DNA of 64,000 nucleotides from NCBI GenBank assembly GCA_951406725.2, contig OX597819.1, forward strand, positions 134,478,001 through 134,542,000. The letters run 5' to 3'. Made by a program: the position numbers and the translations under genes. The notes under the pieces were generated by a model. The model worked only from the letters and a program-made list of their open reading frames with translations, made no database searches and had not been told where the DNA came from. Numbering within the stretch: the stretch's first letter is position 1; every line of letters starts with the position of its first letter. Source of the DNA: Octopus vulgaris. Taxonomy: Eukaryota. This document shows, one piece after another, positions 24,246-37,160 of this stretch.

Positions 24246-24384
24246 CACTAGTGTATCTAGGGAGGAGCGGTAGGGGCAGTCCACCTCAGGTGGAACTTTT
24301 AAAGGGGTACCATCTTTGGGTTAGTTATAAGCAATGTGTTTTTTGTGGGGTCTGGGGGCAGCATACACTCTAGCTATGCTAGTG
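24246..24384. mobile_element. hAT-type MITE (139 bp)
   Basis: Imperfect TIRs CACTAGTGTATCTAG / CTAGCTATGCTAGTG; perfect 8-bp TSD CTTCCAAC (24238-24245, 24385-24392). Confidence 0.85.
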
Positions 24385-25328
24385 CTTCCAACTCCTCACC
24401 TACATATTCAGCAAGGCAATTTACCTAACAGAGAGTCTTGTCCACTTCCTTGCTAACAGCAACTTTGGTCTTTGCTAGGTTATCTTTAAGACCCTTTGAT
24501 TCCAGGATTTTCTTCCATGCCTGGAATTTCTTCTCCAATACTACTATGCATTCTGCAATAAGAGAAAAGCGATCAACATAGAGTAGTTCCCATGGGCTGC
24601 AAGTTTTGAATTCCTCTGCTATAGCCTGGAGGACTATGATGAATAAGAGCAGACTAAGAACTGAACCCTGGTGAACCCCTACTTGTCGCTAAATTCACCA
24701 TTGTATTCATGGCCAACTCTCACCTTACTGACAGCATCACTGTACATGACTTGTACAACTCTAAAATGCCACTCTTCTACTCCTAACTTCCTTAGAGACC
24801 ATCAGATAACAGAGATGAGGACCCTGTTGAAAGCTTTCTCCAGGTCAACAAAATCTAAGTACAATCGCTTACTTTTGGCCAAATACTTTTCCTGCAGCTG
24901 TCTCACTAGGAAGATGGTATCTGTGGTACTCTCCCCATCTAGGAAACCAAATTGCCTCTCATCTAGTTTAATTTTATTCCTAAATAATTGAGCTATAACT
25001 CTCTCTCTGTAACTCTCATGACCTGGTCCAGCTGCTTTATACCTCTGTAGTTGTTTCTATCTAAGGTATCACCTTTACTCTTGAAACAGCCAACTATAAT
25101 ACTACCAGACAAGTCATTAAGGATGATGCCTTTCTGAATAACTTGATTAACTCTAGGAATGGCTAAGCTGCATCCTATACTGCTGGATATTTTGATCATC
25201 TTGGCAGTGATTCTTGATGGTCCAGGGGATTCCTCTATCTTCATATCCTTAATTGCCTTATCTCTCATACTGCTATCAACCCTGATGGCTGGTCCCTCAA
25301 TTGGTTTGATATTTGAAAGACTCTCCTT

Positions 25329-27150
25329 CATCATCATCATCTGGCATGGGTTGGATGGTTTCACAGGAGCTGGCCAGGCGGGAGCCTGTGCTATGCTTCT
25401 GAGTGGTTTTTACGGCTGGATACCTTTCCAAATGCCAACCACTTTACAGTGTGGTTTGGGTGGTTTTTAAGTGGTACCAGCATTGGTGGGGTCACCAAGT
25501 AACTTTGCAAGACAAAGAGTCTTTGAGAGGAGAGGGGGAAGTGGAGGAGGTGATCGTGTGTCAGTTGATAAAAGACTAAAGTGTGACAGAGAGGCAGACA
25601 CAGGTTACCCAGCCAGAAAGAGAGAGAGGGGGGGAGAGTGAGAGTTAATAAGAATGAAGGCAGAAACAATTACCTAGAGAGAGAGAGAGAGAGAGTGGGA
25701 GTTAAAGAGAGGTATATTGGTGTAAAGGAGATAGATGGTTAAAGGGAAGGAGGGAGAGAGAATGATCAAGAATGAGGGCAGAAACAGGTGTGTTGCTGCA
25801 GAGGATATACATGATTACCCAGTCAAAGGGGAGAGCAAGGGAAAGAGAGAGAAGGAGACTGCAACAGCAGGTGAGGGATAACAGCAAGTGCCAGGGCATA
25901 CTTGCAAGAAGTGGGAACCCTTTTCCCATGCATTTTCCACATTTAATAATGTTTCATAGTGGCACTTCCACACATCTTTCTTCTCTGAGTCACTAAGTGC
26001 AAGCATACCATAATCCATTCACACCCACCACATCTCTATTCTCTCTGATACACTACTTTGCAATCATGAACACCTCATGCCTCTGATCCTCACCCTGTAG
26101 AACATTCTTTCCTACTCTAGGCACAAGGCCCGAAATTTTTTGGGAGGAGGCCAGTTGATTAGATCGATCCCAGTACACAACTGGTACTTAATTTATCAAC
26201 CCCAAAAGGATGAAAGGTAAAGTCAACCTCGGCGGAATTTGAACTCAGAATATAACGACAGACAAAATACTGCTAAGCACTTTGCCCGGCGTGCTAACGT
26301 TTCTACCAGTTCGCCGCCTTCACCCTGTAGAACATTGGCAAATCTCTTACCTTCTGCTATTCCTTTTGCTATTTAAACCTGTTGCCTAGCTTCCCTTCAG
26401 TCTACCAGATATAATTCTCTGCTTCCACTATTTTTCCAGGCTTGTCTCTTTCCCTTTATAGCACCGTCTACCTTTCTATTCCACCACCATGTCATCTTTG
26501 GCCTAACTGGGTGTTTGCACCAGCCACAGATTTAGTCTGCAGCCCTCAGTAGATTGTCTCTTCCAATTGTCCTCAAAGTTATATATCTCTACTTTGTCTC
26601 TTTTGTCAGAGGCTTCCATTAAAATATCTCTAAAATTTTGTTGGTTTTTTGGGTGTTTGAGCTTCCATAATCATTTTTTCCAGAACGGTTGATTTCTCTG
26701 ATTCTTTCTACCTCTAAATCTGAAGTCACTAACTAGTAACCTATGTTTGGTTTTACACTCTTCACCTGGGAAAGACTTTGCACTTGCAAGTATCTCATTG
26801 CCTGGTAAAGTGGTATAACTGATCTGGCTTACCTGCCCACCAGACTGATAAGTGATTAGGTGGCTGGCTGGTTTTCTGAAGTTAGTGTTGCAGATCAAAA
26901 GATCATTTGTATCACAGAACTCCAGCAGCCTTGTTCCCTCCTCATTCTTAGAGCCAAAACCTATTTCTTTACTACCCACAAGGGGCTAAACACAGAGAGG
27001 ACAAACAAGGACAGACAAATGGATTAAGTCGATTATATTGACCCCAGTGAGTAACTGGTACTTATTTAATCTTAGAGCCGAAACCATAACCACCATGCAC
27101 ACCATAGAATCCATAGGAATGCTGCCCAACATGTCCATGAAAGTCACCAG
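25329..27150 (-). mobile_element. Rearranged RTE LINE remnant (3' UTR joined to APE/linker region)
   Basis: Tail at 25329-25520; GFGSKNEEGTRLLEFCDTNDLLICNTNFRKPASHLITY at 26671-26979. Confidence 0.8.
26107..26319 (-). mobile_element. Well-preserved SINE with 17-bp TSD inside the RTE
   Basis: TCACCCTGTAGAACATT at 26090-26106 and 26320-26336. Confidence 0.9.
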
Positions 27151-27344
27151 CCACAATTACATGAAATGTGATACATATTTACAGGCAGGTGGTCAAAATC
27201 ATTTAAAATTCAATCTCTTGGAGAACAAAATAGTGCAACATGGCGACAGAAAGAAAGCAGATGCAGATTTTTCAAATGCTCAGCTTATGGCATAGCAACT
27301 AAGGGATTTTTCAGGAACTTTCTTTTGATAGTTATTAACCTTTT

Positions 27345-28945
27345 TAACTCCTCACTGGTGGATGATGCTCTGAAAGTATTGCTCCTAGAATAGGAATAGG
27401 GTGGAGGAAGTTCAGAGAGCTATTTTTCTCAGAGTGAAAAGTAGATTGTATGATATTTGTGTGCAAATGGCTATACTCAACGGTAGTGAGACATGGGCTC
27501 TGAATGCAGAAGGCATACATAGACTGGAGAGAAATAGAAATAAAGTTAGTATGCTCCATTGGATGTGCAACATCAGTGTACGTGTGCAACAAAATATATT
27601 GAGAGAAAAGTTGGGTGTAAGGGGAATCAAATGTAGCAAGCAAGAGAGAAGACTACATTGGTTTGGGACATGTTATGCGTTTCAATGAGGACAGATGCAT
27701 AAAGTAGCGTCAATGGTGCCTGTGGAAGATGTGGGATGAAGTGGTAAGGATCGATCTCAGGATGCTGTGCTTCACAGAGGAAATGACAACAGACTGAGAT
27801 GTATGGAGATATGAGGTTCTCTATACATCTCAGTCCCGCCCATGTCAGTAAAACTAAATTCTAGAAGTGTTGTGTGACCCACGCGACCCTTAACAAGAAA
27901 ACTTCTCGCACACCCTACCACAACAAACCAAACAACACCTCTACATTTCTTCTCTTCCTCCTATTTCCACTTGATGCACTATGCTTACCTTCCACTAACC
28001 AATCCTCTCCTCTTGGCCCTGTCTCACTGTCTCACTGCTATCTGCTAACCCCCACCCCCACCGATCTGTGTGTTCTATCCACAAATAATAAGAAAACTTT
28101 TGACACACCCTACCCCATCAAACCAATCGACATCTCTTCATTTCTTCTCTTCTTCACATTTCCTCCTTCATGCATTATGCCTACCTCTCACTCCTCAATC
28201 TAGTCCTCATGGCCTTGTTTCTCTGTATCATTGCTATCCGGTAGCCCCCACCCCCAGCTCTATATATGCCTAGGTTTTCACCACTCACTTCCTCCCCTCT
28301 GCACTCTCTAATCACGCTTCTTTGCCAATATCCTGCTGCATATATTATGACCTTCAAACCTCAAGGATATGAACTGTCACTTGCCACCATCTCTCTCTCT
28401 CTCTCCCTCCTTCTCCTGCACTTCCCTCAGGTTGGGTAACCATGTATCTCCTTTATGGCAGCACACCTGTCTCTGTCTTCGTTCTTGATCTCTCTCCCTG
28501 GCCAGGTAACCTTGTACCTCCTCTACAGCAAGACACCTTTTCCTTTTTCTGCCTCCCTGTCTCACTATAACCTTTCATCATCTGACACAGGACCCACTCC
28601 TCCAATGCTCCCCACCACTTCTCAAAGGTTCTTTGTCTTGCAAGTTACTTGGTTACTCCGTCAGTGCTGGTGCCACTTAAAAACCATCCAGTCTACACTG
28701 TATAGTGGTTGGCATTTGGAAGGGCATCCAGCTGTAAAAACCTTGCCAAAAATGACCTCACCTGTGCTTGTGCCACGTAAAAAGCACTTGGTTCACTCTG
28801 CTGGGTGGTCAGTGCTAGGAAGGGTATCAAGCTGTAAAAATCCTGCTAAAACAGTACACAGAAGTCTGGGGTAGGCTTCTGCCTGGACAGCTCCTTTCAA
28901 ACCGTCCCGCCCATGCCAGCATGGAAGGCAGATGATGATGATGAT
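27345..28945 (+). mobile_element. RTE 3' coding fragment + long 3' UTR + tail
   Basis: LRVKSRLYD...LNGSETW...QERRLHW, pyrimidine-rich UTR, (GAT)n. Confidence 0.8.
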
Positions 28946-29329
28946 AAGTTTAGTGTTTATGAAAAATTGAATTATGTTATGAAATTAGTTGGAGATTTTT
29001 CTTTTAGAGAGTAATATTTCTATCTGAAGAATGGTGAGCATTGTCAAGTACAAAGTAAAGTTCTTGTAAATGGAATCATTGACACAAGGTTTCTCTATGG
29101 TATTGCTAATGCTACTTTGTGTTATGATTATTTAGATAACATAACGGGAGACTTTATATATGGCTTAATAATCAAGCAGCCATGGGAACTGACTCACACT
29201 GACTATTTCATTTAAATAAGGCTGCTTAAATACAGCAATAAGTAACAGATATTATTTAGGAAAAAGGGAGTGTGCCTATGACCTTCATAGGTTCTTTGAG
29301 TATGACCAGATTGAAGCACTTGATGTTTA

Positions 29330-30400
29330 CCTTGAATTTCTGCTAGTTGGTGGTGAAGGCAAAATGAGGACAGGAAATTGAAGTTCAGAGGTTTGTTGTT
29401 CTGGTAAGGAATGATCGAGTATAATGGCTAGAATGGGCTTGGATGCAGGTATTATGCAGCTATCTAATCCAGAAGAGTAAATGCTGTTGAAGTTATAGTG
29501 TAAATGACAGAGAGACGAACCACAAAGACATGCACCAAAGGGTAAAGTATGACTCCTTGCAAATCAGTCAGATGACCTTCTTTTAGATCAGGCCTTGGAT
29601 GTTTAGTTCAGGCCTTCTTCTAAGATGTGAGAACAGTATTCCATTGTGAATCTATCTTGAGCTTTGTGGAGAGTTGTTAGCCAATTGTTCAATATTTTCT
29701 GTCTCTTAAGAGCAAAGTTAGTATTCGGGATTTAATTTTTATTCCATTATGAAATCATCAGGAGAGGTCATTAGTAACCCCTAACAATAGAGAGATGATT
29801 TAGAAGATTTAATTTTGTGTTGGCAAAGAGGGAGTAAGGTTTGATTTCTAACATTAGCTATTATACTAACACCAGCAATACTACTGGGAAAGACAGGAGC
29901 ATCATAACTCCCATTTCTTCAACTTTGCAGATCAATAGGTGTCAGGAACACCTGAGAAATAGCATTAATAAAAAAACAAGGAAGCTGTTGGCTCTTTTCG
30001 TGACATCCATTTATCTCATTTGGCATGGCATAAATAAATTCACCATTTAGGTTTTGAAGAAAATGTGGTGTTATTCTGCTGTGTTGTAGGGAAGGACTAG
30101 AAGTGAGGGAGTAGGTATGTCCTATTGGAAGTGAGGCCTGTGGGTCCCACCAGAAGGGCCACGGTGGACATGTGGAGTCAGTGAGGCACAAGCAGTCAGT
30201 GCATCAGAGCGGGTGTATTAGATGATACGGCAATGGATGGAGCATGTGGACGTTGAGTGAATCTTCCAGATCGAGGCAGAGTATGTGGATGTTGTGAGCG
30301 ACCCTTTCTCTGGACCGACAGGTAAAACTACTGCCATTCTTTCTTTGCTTCTGTCTTTTTCCTCCTTCACATCTCAGAAAACTCTTGAATGATGTCATGA
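29330..30400 (-). mobile_element. Highly decayed non-LTR element 5' portion (ORF1 Cys/His remnant, start of endonuclease)
   Basis: Broken C..C..HP..C pattern at ~30220-30320 and GVMML-like stretch near 29900; weak. Confidence 0.3.
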
Positions 30401-30628
30401 TTTGAGTTAGTTCCCTTTAATTGTAAGTTTACTTGTTACTTTATGTAACCAATCATATTTAAACAGAGTATTCAGTGCAAGTCAGTTCAGCTCAATAAAT
30501 CACAGATAAAGCTTCCTCTTATTTTCTTTTATCTAATTGTCTATGTCATAACAATGCATAACAAATGAGGATAAGTTATAATGCATTTCATTCCATCCAA
30601 ATGGAAGAAAATCTTGAAATAAATATAA

Positions 30629-31859
30629 ATCATCATCATCATTGTTTAACATCTGTTTTCCATGCTGGCATGGGTTGGACGGTTTGACTGAGGACTGGCA
30701 AGCCAGGAAGCTGCACCAGGCTCCAATCTGATCAGGCAAGGTTTCTACAGCTGGATGTCCTTCCTAACGCCAACCACTCTGCTGGTCAAGCTGCACTGGC
30801 ATCGGCCATGCTCAAATGGTGCTTTTTATGTGCCCCTGGCACTGGCATCAACCATGACTACGATCTCACTTGGTTTGTCGGGTCTTCTCAAGCACAGCAT
30901 ATCTCCAAAAGTCTCGATCGTTTGTCATTGCTTCTTTGAGTTCCAACGTTCAAAGATCATGCTTCACCACCTCATCCCAGGTCTTCCTGGGTCTACCTCT
31001 TCCACAGGTCCCCTCTACTGTTAGAGTGTGATGCTTCTTCATCCATACACAACACATGACCATACCAGCGCAGTCGTCTCTCTTGCACACCACATCTGAT
31101 GCTTCTTATGTCCAACTTTTCTCTCAGGGTGCTTTCACTCTGTCATGTGTATGCACACTGACATTACACATCCAGCGGACCATGCTAGTTTCATTCCTTG
31201 CAAGCTTATGCATGTCCTTAGCAGTCGTGGCCCATGTTTCACTGCCGTGTAGCATGGCTGTTTGCACACATGCATCATACAGTCTACCTTTCACTCTGAG
31301 TGAGAGCCCCTTTGTTGCCAGCAGATGTAGGATCTCTCTGAACCTTGCCCAGGCTATTCTTATTCTCACAGCCACGTTCTCAGAGCATCCACCCCTGCAA
31401 CTGACTTGGTCACCTAGGTAATGTAAGCTATCAACTACTTCTAGTTTTTCCCCTTGGTATGTGATGGAATCTGTTTTCTGTACATCTTGGTGTTTATTGC
31501 CTTTGTGTATCGGCCAAACACAAAAGCTATCTTCCCAGTTAACCTTGCTTTGATATTGCTGTACCTCTTACGTGTCCATAGCTTACACTGGGTACAACAT
31601 ACGGAGTTTCTACCTACGTCTTTTCTACAGATCAAGTAGGGCTGTCTATCTGAAGGGATTTGTGATTTGTCTCCCTTCCTACTTACTAAGACTTTGGTTT
31701 TTGCTAGGTTAACTTTAAGGTCCTTCGATTCTAGACCTTCCATACCTGAAACTTCTCTTCTAGTTCTGTTAATGACTCAGCTATTGAACAAGGCTTTCAG
31801 CATAGAAGAGCTCCCAGCAGCAGCCTGTCTTGAATTGCCTGGAGGACTATAATGAATAA
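30629..31859 (-). mobile_element. 5'-truncated RTE LINE
   Basis: GLESKDLKVNLAKTKVL, PHD (CTQCKLW), RIRIAWARFRE, LHGSETW, 3' UTR and (CAT)n on the plus strand. Confidence 0.9.
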
Positions 31860-33830
31860 TGCTTCCTGTCCATGCATGCCCCATGGCTGTTTCACTGGCC
31901 CCTGCAGTCTTCACTTCTGTTAGCTCACCTGCAATCCTCACCACCAACACCACATAGCTCATCACAGCCCATAACACCATACGCACCCTTGATCTACAGA
32001 TCATTCAGCCGGCTTTCCCACTCACTCCTCACTCTCAAACTGGTTTCATAATCAGCCAACCAAGGAGGAGGGTGCCACTTCCTCTGTGGTCGCTGTGCGA
32101 CCCCAGGACTGGCCAGAGTTCCTGGCATTCTGCTGCTGGCTTCATCATCTTGCCTACTGTTGCAGTCTTCATCTTCTTGCCCACTGCTGCTGGTTCCATC
32201 CTCTGAGGCATTGACAATCTTCCACACATCCAAAACGTGGCATAGCATACCATCAACAGAGACATTGTTCTTTGAATTGATGGAGGTTATTGTTCCCTTT
32301 CCCCATCATGATGTACACCGTGCATTTGGGGGTTTTACCCAAACTTCTACCCCGACCTGCACGAAGGTGTGCTCTTCCTCTGCCCCGGGTCGCATTGATG
32401 CAGTACATGGATGTCTCCACTCATACCTGAATATTGCCCTGTGTGGCACCGACTCCTCAGCCTGTCCTGACCTGGGTGATATATTGTACCAAAATATGGC
32501 CTCAATTGGTGAAATGCGGCCCCTCTCTGCCATGGTCTTGATAGTATGATGATGCCTTTCCACCACCCCATTTCCACCTGGCCAGTATGCCGCCCTGAAG
32601 AAGTGGTTGACCTGCCACCCATCAAGCATTTCTTTCAGCACCTCCGAGCGAAATGCAGTGCCATTATCCAGAAGCAGCTCATCCATGGGGCCTCATTCCA
32701 GGAATATCTCATTCAATACTTTCACACTTTCCTCTGCGGTCCCTGTCTTCATCTCCCTCCATATTGATTGCCAACCACCTCGGTCCGCAGTCAACCATTG
32801 AGAGGTATGTCCCCTGCCGGTAGTGTGTTATGTCCACCGCCAGTTGTTTCCAGTCGTGGTCCACTGGAATACTTCCCGCCTTTTGTACGCCCGGAGCAGG
32901 GTTGATGGACTGGCACCTGTCACAGCTGCTATCCACTCTCTGCACGCTCCGTCTTGTTACATCGGAGTCGACTTTCATGGCTAGGAACAACATCCTGTGC
33001 ATCCCCATATGATGCATGGTATGCAATCTCCTCAACTTCGAGTCACTCAGACGGCGTACTGCAGCGACAGCCTGCTCCACATCCTCTGGCACCTGCAACC
33101 AGGCTTGCTTTACCCTGGTCAGAACATCTGCCCTGTTCTTCTCAGAAGGCACAAAGATCATGCTCAGCTTCAGATTGAACTCAGTGGTTAGTTCACGCAG
33201 TATCTCCAATTGATGCTTTACCAACATCTCTGCGGCCCCTTTGGTTCGCACCCTCTGCTTATTGGTGTTGACTGCTGTCACCCAACCAAGTACAGTGGCC
33301 GAATTGGTCCTGATTCCTATGGTGCGCAGCCCCCACTTCAAGGCTAGGTTCACTCCCTTCAAACACGGCATCTAACTCTGCCACATTGATATGATTGCAG
33401 TCATCCGTCTTCCTGAGCCAGGCTGCATCTTCCACCATGACACCTCCCACTTCCAAGACAACCCCTATTGCGATGCTACTGGCATCACACCATACAATCT
33501 CGCTTTTTGATTTGAGAACATACCGACTGTCCCTCACTGGATCCTCTGTCCTCACTCTGACCAAGACTTTCTGTATCATGTCAGTGTCTTCTCCCCCACT
33601 CAATCCTTCCACTTCGCTCCTTCAGCTCGTCTCTTGAAGCTACATGCTGTCCGGAGCCATCCTGCAATCGGGTAGTGTCTCACCAGCTTCCCACATAGTT
33701 CCTGAATGTTACACGTGCTTCCTACCCATGCATGTCCTGTGGCTGTTCCACCAGCCCCTGCAGCCTTCACTTCTGTCTACCTCATCTGCAATCCTCTCCA
33801 CCAATACCACATAGCTCATCACACCACACA
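31860..33830 (-). mobile_element. Internally deleted Gypsy-type LTR element with short (~125 bp) LTRs; retains RNase H and integrase
   Basis: Direct repeats 31860-31976 and 33707-33830. WCDASSIAIG...HINVAELDAV (RNase H); H..HMG...CDRCQ zinc finger; LAVDITHY, LLDNGTAF, NGVVERHH (DDE integrase); frameshifted. Confidence 0.88.
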
Positions 33831-34939
33831 TTCTTTACTGCTAGATATCTGCCTCCTATTACCCTCTCCCCCATTGCACATTATCAACATCCATCACTCA
33901 TGATCTTTTACAATCACCCATTTCCATTGGTATCTGTTATTCTCTCTCTCTGCCTCTTCTGTCCTTGATGATATCACTCAATCTCCTTCACTTTTATCAT
34001 CCTTTCTCCTTTTCCTATCACTTCATCGTTTCCCATTACACCATTCAGGAAGTATCTGTTCAATCTTGACTAACAACAAACGTGTAACCTCCTATCACTC
34101 ACTTTCTCTTATATTGGCCTTGTCCTCCTCCATCATTCTCTACTCTTGCTCTGGTCCTCTTTACTCTCTCTTCTACCTGTTGGGAGAAGGCAACTTCCTG
34201 TAGGATAGAGAACAATGTTTAGAGCTACTGAGGTAAAAAACAAACAAACAAAAAAACACCTCACTACTACAAAAAACAAACACTTGGTACTCACTGGTTG
34301 GTGTACAAATGGACACAGCTGAGAACAGAGAGAGCTCTTTAGTGTCGCAGAGGTCATAGTAACCTCTCTAGTGCTGGTGCTACAGTAAAATATACCCAGT
34401 AGACTCTGTGAAGTGGTTAGCGATAGGAAAAACATCCAGCAATAGAAAACATGTAAAAAATATAATGCACGATTGAGATGTGGTCCCTCTACCATTAGAA
34501 AGTCAGTAATACCGAATAAGAACTATGATGACCAGTCCAATCCATGTCAGCTTGGAAAAGCCGGATGGAACATTGTGGCCAGATATTTGCCTAACATTCG
34601 TCCACAATATGTATGTATGAAATAATCGGACTGAATACCCGTTCACGCGGTTAAACCATTAGGAGTGAAGGACTCCTAGCCTTTGTCAGGGCATCCTTCT
34701 AGGAGAAGGTAACTCAGGTAACTGAGATAACTCCAACATAAAAACTGCGGCTCAGTGGTTACCGATGATGTTGACTTGTTCTTCTTTTCGGATTATGGCT
34801 GCTGTTGCTTAGTGTGTGGGATTGACTCAGTGCACAGCCTTTCCTCACTTAAAAAAAAAATCTTGCACAGGCATTGCACGATAACAACATTGATTAAGCT
34901 TCGTGCAATGGCAATACTCGATAACGAGGGGGCAGCCAC

Positions 34940-35243
34940 TATGTACATATGTGTGTATGTATGTATGTATGTATGTATGTATGTATGTATGTATGTATGT
35001 ATGCACGTATGTGTGTACGTCTGTATGTGTGTATGTATGTATGTACGTATGTGTGTATGTACATACGTATGTGTGTGTGTATGTATGTATGTACATACGT
35101 ATGTGTATGTGTATGTATGTATATATGTATGTACGTATGTGTGTACGTCTGTATGTGTGTATGTACATATGTGTGTATGTACATACGTATGTGTGTATGT
35201 GTGTGTGTATGTATGTATATACATACGTATGTGTGTGTGTGTA
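34940..35243. repeat. Compound (TATG)n/(TG)n microsatellite
   Basis: Direct reading. Confidence 0.95.
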
Positions 35244-35879
35244 AAAGAATGAATTATTGTTTGAAATAACTTTTTATAGTCAATTTTTCAAAAAAAAAAT
35301 AAATAAAAAGATACAAATATTTCGTGGAAAGTTGTCATAAATATTTTGTAAGAATTGGAAATCTTTGAGAAAATTTAATTGCCATTTCCTGATTAAGCCA
35401 ATGTTTAATGAGCTTCGACTGTATTAACCAATCAAAATATCTATTGGCCTTTAATAATTTCCCCATTGACTAATCAACATGACGAATTAGGAATTGTGCA
35501 CGTAGCCCGTTGTTAGTATAAAAGAGACATTTTTCGTTACCTTGCCAATATAAAAACAATAAAATTCGGGGATAATTTTTTTTTTGTAATTTAGGTAATA
35601 TTTGTGTAAAATTTAAAGCTGCCTCGTCCTACTTGGAAGGTTAGCTTTTTTAAGTGAGTAGTGAGTTTCTCTTTATTTCCACACAACGATCTTACTATTA
35701 GATGCAGGGGTTTCATTCATCAACTCAAGGGCTTGAGTAAGCAGTCTTTGGTACTACTTTCTTCAAGTTTTTTAGCTATTTTTTCTGGATTCGCTTCTTT
35801 TCATATAAAATCATTTATAAAATACCAGTAACATCTTTCATTTTATTGCGAATTATCATACGAGTATTTGACAAGAGCT

Positions 35880-36264
35880 TAATTTAAGAGAAAACGAAAA
35901 CTAATTTTTCGGCGGAGGAATGTCATATACAACTGCGCAGTATGATCCATACATCTACGCAAACATCTAAAAAATAATGAATTCTACTTATTTTTATACT
36001 TTTATTCTTAAGAATTGTTTTTCTAAAAGTATCTTTTCGTACTTTATAATGTTAGAAAGTGTGAAAAATGGGTTGATTTGTTGTTAATGGTGGGTTGTCG
36101 TCGAGCCGCATCTCCCGACCGAAGTGTCCACTCGGCTTTGTTCTGGGTCACCAGAAGCGAATCTTCAAAACAGCTCATGGCGGCCATTTTGACTGGCAAC
36201 TTGTCGTGAACGAAAAATTATGATTAGCATTTCGGATAAGAAATGGCCCGAAATTTAACACAAG
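35880..36264 (+). promoter_or_regulatory. CpG-enriched probable promoter/first exon of INO80D
   Basis: Local CpG enrichment, YY1-type ATGGCGGCCATTTTG (36177-36191), strong donor AAG|GTAAGC at 36264/36265; lies 5' of the INO80D exons. Confidence 0.55.
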
Positions 36265-37126
36265 GTAAGCTCAAATCCACGGGTTTCACTTACAAAAATA
36301 CTATCACTAAAAATTTGATGTAAGCGCCTTTGAAAATAATTATTGCCACTGAAAAAGAAAGCATTAAATAATCTCCGCGAAAAGCGTCCAGAAATTTTGT
36401 TGCTTTTTCTCTCGATTCGCTTCTTTTTCGTTCGATCGATTCCTCTTTCGTTGTTCATTAAATCCTAGTTTAGCTCCTTCAATTATATTCATTCTTACTA
36501 GACACCAGGAATTATTTTTATCGAGAGAACTTTGCAAATTTGTCAGTTTTCATAGAAATTCGTCGAATACGAATTCGTAAATCGTCAGCTTTGAATCGTT
36601 TCTGCGATTTCCGTTATTTTCTTTATTATTATTTCTTCTTATTATTGTCTGTATTTGTGGGAAACTGAATAATGTCGATCGTTATGACCGTGTTGAAGCC
36701 TTAAATAGCGTGTTTCTGTGTGATATCTGCCCAGATATTTCCCTCTGTTTATATCCACCTAATCATGTCTTGTTTATATTAAGAAGCAACAACATCCACC
36801 GAAAGATCCTCCGATCTCCACTTTCCATGTGGACTTCCGTCTCAAAAGCTTTTATTAACGCATTAGACATTGTTACAGCTGTTGCTGTTTGTTAAAATAA
36901 CTTCTCTCTCATCCCATTTAATTCGCTTTTTCTACAAATATTCATTGCTTTCCTCTCGATTTCCAAATCCAAACCGTCTCCAATTTCTCTCACCTTCCAA
37001 ACCTCTTTAACCTCATCTCATCTAAAATATTTCTCTTCTTTCCACATCAAATGTTCATTTAAGTAGCTTATTTCACGTAACAATCGCTATTTTCCCGCAT
37101 AGATTCCTCGCTTTTCCCTACACTCT

Positions 37127-37160
<34 letters not shown>

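Larger units (their letters stand above)
22295..25320 (-). mobile_element. Decayed RTE LINE with long pyrimidine-rich 3' UTR, hosting two insertions
   Basis: Minus-strand pieces DKAIKDMK..SPGPS, NYRGIKQLDQVM, FVDLEKAF, PHD (CTKCSLWIHKRC), LSLRVEGR..W ALNAED. Confidence 0.85.

Noticed and set aside
34630-34790. Possible HDV-like ribozyme in an RTE-5'-like motif (CTAGGAGAAGGTAACTC)
   Set aside because: Could not assemble the nested double pseudoknot by eye.
34755-35269. Several long ORFs rich in YVCM/HTYI
   Set aside because: Translations of the (TATG)n microsatellite.
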